From assembly GCA_963796685.1 (NCBI GenBank), contig CAWCMR010000009.1:224001-288000 (forward strand): a stretch of DNA of 64,000 nucleotides. Direction: 5' to 3'. The stretch is from an uncultured delta proteobacterium (GTDB lineage Bacteria > Myxococcota_A > Polyangia > Fen-1088). The notes below the pieces were generated by a model that ran no database searches, had not been told where the DNA came from, and saw only the letters and a list, made by a program, of their open reading frames with translations. This document shows, piece after piece, positions 29,948 through 38,325 of the stretch (position 1 is the first letter of the stretch; each line of letters begins with the position of its first letter). A program made the translations under genes and the position numbers.

Positions 29948-30712
29948 TCAGCCGCGCGTGCTCGCGAAGAAGTTGCCTGCGATCGCCTCCCATGTCGCGT
30001 CGTCGATGTGGGCAGAAAGATCGTTCGACAGGACACCGCCGTCGGCCATGGTCGGCGCTGCCTGACGCCCGCCCAGGGCCTCGGCGAACCTGTCCACCTC
30101 GTCGCGGAACCAGGCCCGGATGGCAGAGCCACTGGTCAGGTGCCCGCGCTCGCCGCTGAAGTTGACCCCCTCCAGCCAAACCACCCAGCCGGCGCCATAG
30201 GGGCTGTCCTTGATCAAGGCGGGCTTTGCCGTGACCTCACGGTTGACGTCCGCGACGACGCCGCTGACGGGCGATTTCACCTCCAGGCGTCGCTGCTCGC
30301 GGCACAGGGTGAAGAGCGTCTGCCCCTGCTCGACCCGCGAGCCTATCGGCAGCGGCTCGACCGAAGCGACCGCTCCCAAGGCGGCGATGGCGAGCGCGTC
30401 CGCTCCAACCGTGGCCGAGCCAGGGGTTTCGGCCTTGGCCCACCCGTGCGCGCAGTGGACATAGAAGCTGGTCGGCGGGATGGTCAGGCCGTGGTATTGC
30501 GCCGCATTGTCGGCCTCGGCCATGAACCAGCGTCGCAGCCTGGGGCTGACCGCGATGGCGACGAGCGCCCCGACGATCATCAGAGGGATCAGTAGACGCA
30601 CGCCATAGGCCAGCCCCGCCAGCAGCGGGATGGCAGCGACAACCGCGATCGCCAGCCCCAAATAGAGCAGCGAATTCTTGGCCAATGTCTTTACGCTTTG
30701 AGAACGGGTCAT
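29948..30712 (-). CDS. Membrane-anchored GcvH-like protein lacking the lipoyl-lysine
   Basis: Two N-terminal TMs; HGWA, VGAD, SPVSGVV..VN, SPYGAGW; the ESVK position reads CREQ; TMADGG tail. Start ATG 30712 with GGAGG. Confidence 0.8.
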   Translation of the reverse strand: MTRSQSVKTLAKNSLLYLGLAIAVVAAIPLLAGLAYGVRLLIPLMIVGALVAIAVSPRLRRWFMAEADNAAQYHGLTIPPTSFYVHCAHGWAKAETPGSATVGADALAIAALGAVASVEPLPIGSRVEQGQTLFTLCREQRRLEVKSPVSGVVADVNREVTAKPALIKDSPYGAGWVVWLEGVNFSGERGHLTSGSAIRAWFRDEVDRFAEALGGRQAAPTMADGGVLSNDLSAHIDDATWEAIAGNFFASTRG

Positions 30713-30756
30713 CGCTACCTCCCGGTCGCCATTCGAGGCGCCTTGCAGTGAGTCCA

Positions 30757-30772
30757 AGCAAGCGCCGTACCA
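30757..30772 (-). promoter_or_regulatory. Putative sigma54 promoter (leftward)
   Basis: Minus strand TGGTACGGCGCTTGCT versus consensus TGGCACG-N4-TTGCW. Confidence 0.7.
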
Positions 30773-31106
30773 TCGGCCCCACGAATTCCGCTCCGCCTCC
30801 AGCAGCATCCCGGGACATCGTGATTTCAGGCGGATTCGCACGAGAATACCCGCAACGAGCGAAGCTTGGGCATGCCTGCCACCCCGGAGCGTTCCCTGAA
30901 CATGGGTGCTAGACCCATACCGTCAATGCTGTCTTTCTCGGCATTCCCGAAGGTGCGCCGTTGATTTTTTCCACACGGACCCTAACTATTTGAATTAAGA
31001 TACTTTTCGTTACCTGAATGGATGAATCGAGGGATCGGGACCATGAGCCATGTGGAAATCGTCGACAAGGCACGTGGATGTCAGACGACAGGACAAGCAC
31101 AAGGTG

Positions 31107-31123
31107 TTGGCTTCGTTCTTGCT
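31107..31123 (+). promoter_or_regulatory. Putative sigma54 promoter (rightward)
   Basis: TTGGCTTCGTTCTTGCT, GG-N10-GC, 40 bp upstream of ATG 31163. Confidence 0.65.
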
Positions 31124-31162
31124 GTTGCCAGTGATCACTTTCCAAGCAAGGTGAGGCACTCG

Positions 31163-31957
31163 ATGGCTCCAAGCAGCAAGAACTCGGCATTCACAAGTCC
31201 GGCTCGTCGTGCCGGCGCGCGCTCGTCTCTCGGCACGGTTCCAGCCGAAAGCAAGGAGTGCATCTGGATGAGCGCGGGAGTCCTTTCCTACCGGCTCTGC
31301 GAGCGCGAATTCGACTGCGAGCACTGCCTGCTCGACAAGGCCCTGCACGGCGGCGATTCGGAATCTGCGACGGCCTGGACACCGGGCGAATGGGGGCCAA
31401 GCGGATACCGGCTCTTTCCCCAGGATCGCCATTTCAGTCCGTCGCACACCTGGGTGCTCCCGATGGGCTCCGCTTCCGTGCGGCTGGGGGTCGACGCGCT
31501 CGTGGCGTGGCTGCTGTCCGAGACCACCGCGCTCGAGCTCCCGGCCGTGGGCACCTGGCTCGAACGGGGCGAGGTCGCCGCCACCCTGCACGCCAAGGGC
31601 GGCAAGTTGACGATTCCAGCCCCGATCTCGGGCAAGATCTCCGGCCACAACGAAGCCGCCCAAGGCTGTCCCGAGCTCGTCGTCTCGGCACCCTACGGCG
31701 CCGGTTGGCTCGTGGACATGACGGTGGAGCCCGGCCGCAAGAACAAGCAGCTCGCGCAGCTTCTGTGCGGCCCCGACATGGAGAAGCTGAGCCGGTCCCA
31801 CTTGCACGGCTTTCACCGCCGCACCGACGACCTGCTCGCCGCGCGCCCGGCCCGTGTGGGCGCGACCATGGCCGACGGTGGGAAGGCCTTGACCGACCCG
31901 CGTGCCATGCTCGGCCACGCCCGCTACCTCAAACTCGTGCAGGAGCTCCTGACCTGA
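31163..31957 (+). CDS. Soluble GcvH-like protein with N-terminal 4-Cys motif, lacking the canonical lipoyl-lysine
   Basis: CIWMSAGVLSYRLCEREFDCEHC; HTWV, LGVD, APISG, APYGAGWL; TMADGG. Confidence 0.8.
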   Translation: MAPSSKNSAFTSPARRAGARSSLGTVPAESKECIWMSAGVLSYRLCEREFDCEHCLLDKALHGGDSESATAWTPGEWGPSGYRLFPQDRHFSPSHTWVLPMGSASVRLGVDALVAWLLSETTALELPAVGTWLERGEVAATLHAKGGKLTIPAPISGKISGHNEAAQGCPELVVSAPYGAGWLVDMTVEPGRKNKQLAQLLCGPDMEKLSRSHLHGFHRRTDDLLAARPARVGATMADGGKALTDPRAMLGHARYLKLVQELLT

Positions 31958-32061
31958 AACCACCGCCCAAGCCGCCCGACCCTTCCGCGACCGAGGAACC
32001 CTCCGGGCGACAGGGCGAAGCTCCACCTGCGACACGTTCGCCATCCATCTTCACGAACAAC

Positions 32062-33681
32062 GTGATCGTCGGCTTCTTCCATTCCGCGAGCGCGCGGCTG
32101 CTGGCGCCGCTGCTGCTGACCATCGTCGTCGTCTTCTCGATCTACGCCTTCCTGAGCTTTCGCGCCATCTCGCAAGAGTGGAACGAGTCCGTGTACTCGT
32201 ACGCGCGCAAGTTTGGCGAGCTGGCCAAGCGCGCCACCAACCACGGCATGCTGGTCAATCGCAGCGAGGACGTGCAGTACGTGGTCCAATTGTTGGCGGA
32301 CAGCCCGGGCGTCGTGGCCCTGAACATCTACAACAAACAGGGCGTCGTGGCGTTCTCCCACGATCCCGGCAAGGTCGGCCAGAAGGTGGACCTGCAGGCG
32401 GAGGCCTGCGTGGTCTGCCACGACAAGACGGCACCGCTCAAGGCCGTCAACACCGAGAAGCGCACGCGGATCTACCGCAACAACGCCGGCCGCCGCGTGT
32501 TCGGCGTCATCGAGCCCATCGAGAATGAACCGCGCTGTGCGCGCAGCGGCTGCCACGCGCCGGTCAGCGAGCAATCCATCCTCGGCATCATGGACGTGCA
32601 GATGTCGCTGGAACCGCTCGACCTCGCGCTGGCGGACGCGCGCAGGCGCTCGCTGTGGCTGACCATCGCGGTCATGCTCATGGTCAGCGCGGGCACCATC
32701 GCCTTCGTGTACCGCATCGTGCGCCGGCCGGTCATGAAGCTGGTCGAAGGCACGCAGCGCATCGCCCAGGGCGATCTGGACACGCGCATCGACGTGACCT
32801 CGCGCGACGAGCTCGGCGTGCTGGCCTCGGCCTTCAACGGCATGACCCAGGATCTGCACAAGGCGCGCGCAGAGGCCAACCATTGGTCGCAGCAGCTCGA
32901 ACAAAAGGTCGTCGAGAAGACCGCCGAGCTGGGGCGCATCCAGCGCCAGGTGCTGCTCATGGAGAAGATGGCCTCGCTCGGCAAGCTGGCCGCCACCGTG
33001 GCCCACGAGCTCAACAACCCGCTCGGCGGAATCCTGAACTACGCCAAGCTGGTCGAGCGCGTGGTGCGCGACGAGACCCTCGACGAGGCGGGCAAGCGCG
33101 AGGTGCAACGCTACCTCACCGCCATCCAGCAGGAATCGCGCCGCTCGGGAGACATCGTGCGCAACCTGCTGCTCTTCGCACGTCCGTCGCAGGCCAGCTT
33201 CGCGCCCGTGCACCTGTCCCAGATCATCGAGCGCAGCCTCCTGCTCATCCAGCACCGCATGACCATGGCTTCCATCGTCTGCGAATACCAGCCGACCGAG
33301 CAGGACGACCTGCTCACCTGCGACCCCGATCAAATCCAGCAATTGCTCGTGGCCCTGCTGGTGAACGCCATCGAGGCCATGGAGGACGGCGGGACCTTGC
33401 GACTCACCGTCACGCCGAGCGCCGAGGCCATGCAATGGGTCGTGGCCGACACCGGCGTGGGCATCCCGGAAGACGCCATCGGCCACATCTTCGAGCCGTT
33501 CTTTTCCACCAAGGACAAGGAAAGCGGGGTGGGATTGGGCCTGGCCGTGGTCTATGGCATTGTACAAGGGCACCATGGCACCATCGATGTGACGTCGCAG
33601 CCGGGCAAGGGGACCAGTTTCACGATCCGCCTGCCCCGAAGCCCCAAGCCTCCCGACAGCCCCAGCAAGGAAACCGAGTAG
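32062..33681 (+). CDS. Sensor histidine kinase with periplasmic heme-c-type motifs, HAMP, HisKA and HATPase
   Basis: Two TMs flank ACVVCH and CARSGCH; AHELNNPL; NAIEA, DTGVGI, GLGL boxes. Start approximate. Confidence 0.9.
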   Translation: MIVGFFHSASARLLAPLLLTIVVVFSIYAFLSFRAISQEWNESVYSYARKFGELAKRATNHGMLVNRSEDVQYVVQLLADSPGVVALNIYNKQGVVAFSHDPGKVGQKVDLQAEACVVCHDKTAPLKAVNTEKRTRIYRNNAGRRVFGVIEPIENEPRCARSGCHAPVSEQSILGIMDVQMSLEPLDLALADARRRSLWLTIAVMLMVSAGTIAFVYRIVRRPVMKLVEGTQRIAQGDLDTRIDVTSRDELGVLASAFNGMTQDLHKARAEANHWSQQLEQKVVEKTAELGRIQRQVLLMEKMASLGKLAATVAHELNNPLGGILNYAKLVERVVRDETLDEAGKREVQRYLTAIQQESRRSGDIVRNLLLFARPSQASFAPVHLSQIIERSLLLIQHRMTMASIVCEYQPTEQDDLLTCDPDQIQQLLVALLVNAIEAMEDGGTLRLTVTPSAEAMQWVVADTGVGIPEDAIGHIFEPFFSTKDKESGVGLGLAVVYGIVQGHHGTIDVTSQPGKGTSFTIRLPRSPKPPDSPSKETE

Positions 33682-33682
33682 C

Positions 33683-35074
33683 ATGCCCCCACAACAAGCC
33701 AGCATCTTGATCGTCGACGACGAGCTCAGCGTCCGCGATTCCTTGCTGCACTGGTTTCGCAAGGATGGTTTCACCGTGGCCACGGCTGCCAGCGCCACCC
33801 TCGCCCTGCAAGCGCTGGAACAGAACCCGTACGACATCATCCTGCTCGACATCAAGATGCCCGGCATGGACGGCATGGAGCTGCAAACGCGCATCCACGC
33901 CTTGAATCCCAAGATCGTGGTCATCATGATGACGGCCTTCGCCTCGGTGGACACGGCCGTGCGCGCGCTCAAGCAAGGCGCCTTCGACTACGTCACCAAA
34001 CCCATCGATCCCGACGAGCTCAGCCACCTCGTCGCGCGTGCCCTCAAGGAGCGGCGGCTGGAGGACGAGAACTCGCAGCTCAAGGAAACCATCGCCGAGC
34101 TGTCGGCGGCGGATTTCGTCATCGGCGAGAGCCCGGCCATGCACAAGGTGATGGAGCTGATTCGCCAAGTGGCGCAGACCAACGCCACCGTGATGATCCG
34201 GGGCGAAAGCGGAACCGGCAAGGAGCTGGTCGCGCGCACCATCCACGCCAACAGCGCACGCAAATACTTTCCCATCGTGCCCATCAACTGCGGCGCCCTG
34301 CCCGACAGCCTGCTCGAAAGCGAGCTCTTCGGACACGAGAAGGGCGCCTTCACCGGCGCCAACTTCCGGCGCAAGGGCCGCCTGGAAATGGCCGACGGCG
34401 GAACCCTGTTTCTCGACGAGATCGGCACCATCACGCCCAAGATGCAGGTCGATCTCCTGCGCGCCATCGAAACCAGCGAGATCACCCGGCTCGGCGGCTC
34501 GCGCCCGGTGCAGGTGAATTTCCGCATCATCTGCGCCACCAACGAAGACTTGGAGAAGCTGGTGGCGGAGGGAAAGTTCCGCCAGGATCTCTATTACCGC
34601 ATCAACGTGTTCAGCATCGCCTTGCCGGCCTTGCGACAGCGGCGCGAGGACATTCCCACCCTGGCCCGCCACTTCATGGGCAAGCTGGCCATGGAAATGG
34701 ACAAGCGCGTGTCCGACATCAGCCCCGAAGCCAACCACAAGCTCATGGCCTACGACTGGCCCGGCAACGTGCGCGAGCTGGCCAACGCCATCGAACGCGC
34801 CATGGTGGTGAGCCGGACCGGCGTGATCCGCCCCGAGGATCTGCCCTTCGCCGTGCCCGAGGCACCGGCCGCGTCCGTGCCCGGCGGCGACTCCCTGGCC
34901 GACATGGAGAAGGCCCACATCGCGGTCATCCTCGGCCGCACGCGCTGGAACATCACCCAGGCCGCCGATCTGCTGCAGATCGACCGCGCCACGCTGTACA
35001 ACAAGATCAAGCGCTACGGCCTGCAACGTGCCGAGGGCGGCGAGACCGACGTAAGCGGTTCCAAACCGACGTGA
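33683..35074 (+). CDS. Sigma54-dependent response regulator (NtrC/AtoC family)
   Basis: REC (IVDDE, DIKMPG), GESGTGKE, GAFTGA, WPGNVREL, Fis-type HTH. Confidence 0.96.
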   Translation: MPPQQASILIVDDELSVRDSLLHWFRKDGFTVATAASATLALQALEQNPYDIILLDIKMPGMDGMELQTRIHALNPKIVVIMMTAFASVDTAVRALKQGAFDYVTKPIDPDELSHLVARALKERRLEDENSQLKETIAELSAADFVIGESPAMHKVMELIRQVAQTNATVMIRGESGTGKELVARTIHANSARKYFPIVPINCGALPDSLLESELFGHEKGAFTGANFRRKGRLEMADGGTLFLDEIGTITPKMQVDLLRAIETSEITRLGGSRPVQVNFRIICATNEDLEKLVAEGKFRQDLYYRINVFSIALPALRQRREDIPTLARHFMGKLAMEMDKRVSDISPEANHKLMAYDWPGNVRELANAIERAMVVSRTGVIRPEDLPFAVPEAPAASVPGGDSLADMEKAHIAVILGRTRWNITQAADLLQIDRATLYNKIKRYGLQRAEGGETDVSGSKPT

Positions 35075-35084
35075 GCCCGCGGCC

Positions 35085-35630
35085 GTGTCGGTGGTCCAGC
35101 TTGTCCCCATCTGCCTGCCGAGCCAACCGTCTCTGCTCGATGATGTCGCCGCGCACATCGGCCGCGCCTTCTCGGCGACCGTGACCGTGCGTCCCCTGCG
35201 CTTCGATCCCGAGCTCGCCTTCGACCGTTCGCGCGGCCAATACAACTCGACCGAGCTCCTGGCGAGCCTGCTCGACGAATCGTCAGGCAGCGAGGACCGC
35301 GTTCTCGGCATCGCGGGGGTCGACCTGTTCATCCCCATCCTCACCTACGTCTTCGGCGAGGCGCAGCTCTCTGGCCGAGCGGCCGTCGTCTCCACCTACC
35401 GCCTGGATAGCGCCCTTTACGGGTTGCCCGCCGACCCCCTCTTGCTGCTCGACCGGCTGGCCAAGGAGGCTGTCCACGAGCTTGGCCACACCTGCGGGCT
35501 CGTGCACTGCAACCAATCCATGTGCGTGATGCGAAGCTCGACCTACGTCGAGGACATCGATCTCAAGCCCGTCCGGTTCTGCCCCGCCTGCAACCAGAGG
35601 ATCCGCGCCGCAACCCACGCTCGAGGTTAG
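35085..35630 (+). CDS. Archaemetzincin family Zn metalloprotease
   Basis: R.QY, YVFGEA, KEAVHELGHTCGLVHC....CVM..S....D.K...FC..C. Confidence 0.92.
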   Translation: MSVVQLVPICLPSQPSLLDDVAAHIGRAFSATVTVRPLRFDPELAFDRSRGQYNSTELLASLLDESSGSEDRVLGIAGVDLFIPILTYVFGEAQLSGRAAVVSTYRLDSALYGLPADPLLLLDRLAKEAVHELGHTCGLVHCNQSMCVMRSSTYVEDIDLKPVRFCPACNQRIRAATHARG

Positions 35631-35657
35631 CCGCCGAGGCTCGAAGATCCCCGGTAC

Positions 35658-35824
35658 CAGAAAGAGACACCTTTCCACGACGGATGCACGCACCCAATCG
35701 GAGCGATGATGGGTGGTCGTAGGCGTCGTCGTGGACGTTCCCGTGGCCGTGGCCGACGAAGATCGCTCCGGCCACGGCCACGGCCACGACCAGGACCACG
35801 ACCTCCCGCGGCTATCGCGGGATT
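35658..35824 (+). repeat. Dispersed hexamer-array MITE-like repeat (copy A)
   Basis: Collinear with the reverse complement of 47353-47582: CAGAAAGAGA..CCTTTCCACGACGG...GAAGATC..(CCACGG/CCACGA)n..CTATCGCGGGAT. Confidence 0.75.
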
Positions 35825-35878
35825 GCCGTGGGCGATCACCCCTGGCGCACAAGGCCGGATTCGTGTCAGCGTAGCCGG

Positions 35879-36931
35879 GTGCCCCTGGCCAGCTACCTCC
35901 TGTTCGTCGCCACCACCGTCCCTGGACTGATCGCGCCAGATCCGGCGCAAGCGGCCAAACCCGTCCAGGTCGAATTCGAGGCACCGGCCGGGTGTTCGGG
36001 GGCCGAGGCTTTCTTCCGCAGTCTACGTTCGCGCACGGATCAGGTGCGGCGAGCCGATCCCGGCGAACCCCACACGACGCTGCAGGTCCGGTTGCTGCGC
36101 AAGGGCGGCCATGTCCTCGGCGAGTTGCGCGTGGTAAACGATCGCGGCGGAACCGATACGCGCAAGGTGCAAGGGGCAAGCTGCGACGATGTCGTGCAAG
36201 CGCTGTCGCTCACGGCCGCGCTGGCGGTTGATCCCAGTGCCCTTCTCTCCGCGCCGGCCTCGGCACCCGAAGAAGCGCCCGCGCCCACGGCGGAAGTCGC
36301 GAAGGAGCCGCAGGCAACGAAGCCGCCCGCGGTGAAGGAAGTTCGGGCTGCGGCTGCGCCGCCGAGCACGCCTGAAGTCGTCGCATCGGACACGAGCTTG
36401 CCCGTCCCAAGCTTCACGCTCGGCGTGGGGCCGCTGGGCGGTGCCCTGCTCGCTTCGAGCGCGGGGCTGGGCGCTGCGGTCGCCTCCCGGTGGACGCTTG
36501 CCGATCGAGGTGTCCTGCGCGCAAGTCTCGGGCTGGCCTTCATCTACCTGCGCAACGATGCGGTGCTAACGCCCGGAGCGGTCCAGATCGTCCTGACCGG
36601 GCTCGCGGCCACCGCGTGCCCGTTTCGGGCCACCACAAGCATCCTCACCTTCGAGCCGTGTGCCTTGCTGCTCGGCGGATGGCTTGCCGCCAGCGGGCGC
36701 GAGACCACGCACGCCTACTCCGTCGATCGGCTTTGGCTGAGCGCGGGCGGGATCTTGCGCGTTGCCGCCTCCCTGGGTGGCGGATTCTGGCTCGACGCGC
36801 AGGTAGGAGTCAGCGCACCTTTCTTCAAGAGACGGTTCTTCATCACCACCCCGGACAACGTGGTCAACGTGGTCGGCGAAACCCCAATGATTTCGCCCAT
36901 TGCGGGCCTCGGTTTGGCTTACGGTTTCTAG
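35879..36931 (+). CDS. Exported protein with predicted C-terminal beta-barrel (ECF cassette 2, gene 1)
   Basis: Signal peptide; APAGC, SCDDVVQALSL; Pro linker; amphipathic strands ending GLGLAYGF. Confidence 0.68.
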   Translation: MPLASYLLFVATTVPGLIAPDPAQAAKPVQVEFEAPAGCSGAEAFFRSLRSRTDQVRRADPGEPHTTLQVRLLRKGGHVLGELRVVNDRGGTDTRKVQGASCDDVVQALSLTAALAVDPSALLSAPASAPEEAPAPTAEVAKEPQATKPPAVKEVRAAAAPPSTPEVVASDTSLPVPSFTLGVGPLGGALLASSAGLGAAVASRWTLADRGVLRASLGLAFIYLRNDAVLTPGAVQIVLTGLAATACPFRATTSILTFEPCALLLGGWLAASGRETTHAYSVDRLWLSAGGILRVAASLGGGFWLDAQVGVSAPFFKRRFFITTPDNVVNVVGETPMISPIAGLGLAYGF

Positions 36932-36994
36932 GCGATGCGTGGGGGTGTGATCCATTCGCGACTTGGCGGGAATAAAGGCAAGCATGAGGCCTTG

Positions 36995-37624
36995 ATGCCC
37001 TTTCTTATCTCCACCGACTCCCCTGCCTTCCATTCCCGCCCCGTGGCCGCCTTGCCTGCCGACGGTCGCCCCGGTATGGTTCCAAGGGTGGGAGGCAAGA
37101 GCGAGAGGGAGTCGCGCCTGCGCCAGTTGGTCGACAAGCATGTGGGCCACGTGGCGCGAATTCTGCGCAATGCCGGCACCAGCGAGGCCGACATCGACGA
37201 TGACGTCCAACGCGTCTTCATCGCCCTTTCCAACCGCCTGGACGACGTGCGTGTCGGGGCGGAGAAGAGCTTCCTGTTCCAAACCGCGCTGCACATGGCG
37301 GCGCATTCGCGGCGAACGGCAGCACGACGGCGGGAGATTCTCACGGACCGGACGCCCGAGATGGTCGATTCCTTCGCCGGTCCGGAGGAGATGGCCAACC
37401 AAAAGCAAGTGCGGCGAACCCTCGACCGGATTCTGAATCAAATGGAAACCGAGCTTCGTGTCGTGTTCGCGCTGTACGAGTTCGAGGAGATGACGACCGC
37501 GGAAATCAGCTCGGTTCTCGAAATTCCCCGTGGCACCGTGGCTTCCCGCCTGCGCAGGGCGCGGGTCGAGTTCCGCGAGCGCGTCTCCAGGATGGAGAGC
37601 CTTTCGAAGACCGAGGTAGGCTGA
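36995..37624 (+). CDS. ECF RNA polymerase sigma factor (cassette 2)
   Basis: DDDVQRVF, SFLFQTA, FALYEFEEMT..EIS..L.IP.GTVASRLRRAR. Confidence 0.92.
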   Translation: MPFLISTDSPAFHSRPVAALPADGRPGMVPRVGGKSERESRLRQLVDKHVGHVARILRNAGTSEADIDDDVQRVFIALSNRLDDVRVGAEKSFLFQTALHMAAHSRRTAARRREILTDRTPEMVDSFAGPEEMANQKQVRRTLDRILNQMETELRVVFALYEFEEMTTAEISSVLEIPRGTVASRLRRARVEFRERVSRMESLSKTEVG

Positions 37625-38325
37625 TGGACGAACCAGAACGTTTGCGCTATCAGACTGGTTCCGAGCTCGAACGAGCCCTGCTGCGCGAGGGCCAGGCCTA
37701 CCGCGGTCCCGACAACCTGCGCGCCGACACCTTGGCAGCGCTCGGCTTGGCGAGTTCGGCCGGGCTTGCGACCGGTGGATTCCTGGCATGGCTGTCGGCC
37801 AAGACCTGGGCCACCAAGGTGGCGCTGACCCTGGCCACGGCGTCCGTGCTGGCAGGGATCCCGGTGGGCTACCTCGCCTTTCGCCAAGCCCCCGTCCCCG
37901 CGCCTCGACCATCCGAGCCCCCCGCGTCCGCGTCCGGAGGCGCCGCGCCTTCCGGTCGCCCGGCCAACGTGGAGCCGCCCATCGAGGCGCCCCCGGCAAG
38001 TGCCCCGGCTGCGGCGTCCCCTCCGTTGGCCTCCCACCCTGCGGGCAGCCCGACGAGCTCGGCTCTTCGCGCTGAGCTGGCGGCCCTCGATGCCGCGCGA
38101 TCCACCCTCGCCAGCGGCGACCCCGAAGGGGCACTGTCATTCCTGAACGCCTATTTCCGCACCTTCCCGCGTGGCCGCCTCCGTCCCGAGGCCGAGGTTC
38201 TGCGCATCGACGCCTTGGCCAAGGGGGGTCGCATGGACGCCGCGCAGAGGTACGCTCGGGAGTTCCTGCGCCGCCGCCCGAACAGTGTGCTCGCGGCGCG
38301 TGTGCAAGCCATCGCTGGACCCTGA
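37624..38325 (+). CDS. Putative anti-sigma factor with TM, Pro linker and TPR-like C-terminus
   Basis: TGATG overlap; ELAALDAAR..L..GD..GAL..L..Y...FPRG.L..EA..LRIDAL. Confidence 0.75.
   Translation: MDEPERLRYQTGSELERALLREGQAYRGPDNLRADTLAALGLASSAGLATGGFLAWLSAKTWATKVALTLATASVLAGIPVGYLAFRQAPVPAPRPSEPPASASGGAAPSGRPANVEPPIEAPPASAPAAASPPLASHPAGSPTSSALRAELAALDAARSTLASGDPEGALSFLNAYFRTFPRGRLRPEAEVLRIDALAKGGRMDAAQRYAREFLRRRPNSVLAARVQAIAGP

Noticed and set aside
29948-31957. Canonical glycine cleavage H proteins (gcvH)
   Set aside because: Lipoyl-Lys motif absent, extra domains present, and no gcvT/P nearby.
31258-32061. N-terminal 268 aa of the 807-aa kinase ORF
   Set aside because: Overlaps the GcvH-like gene in another frame and is low-complexity; the real start is near 32062.
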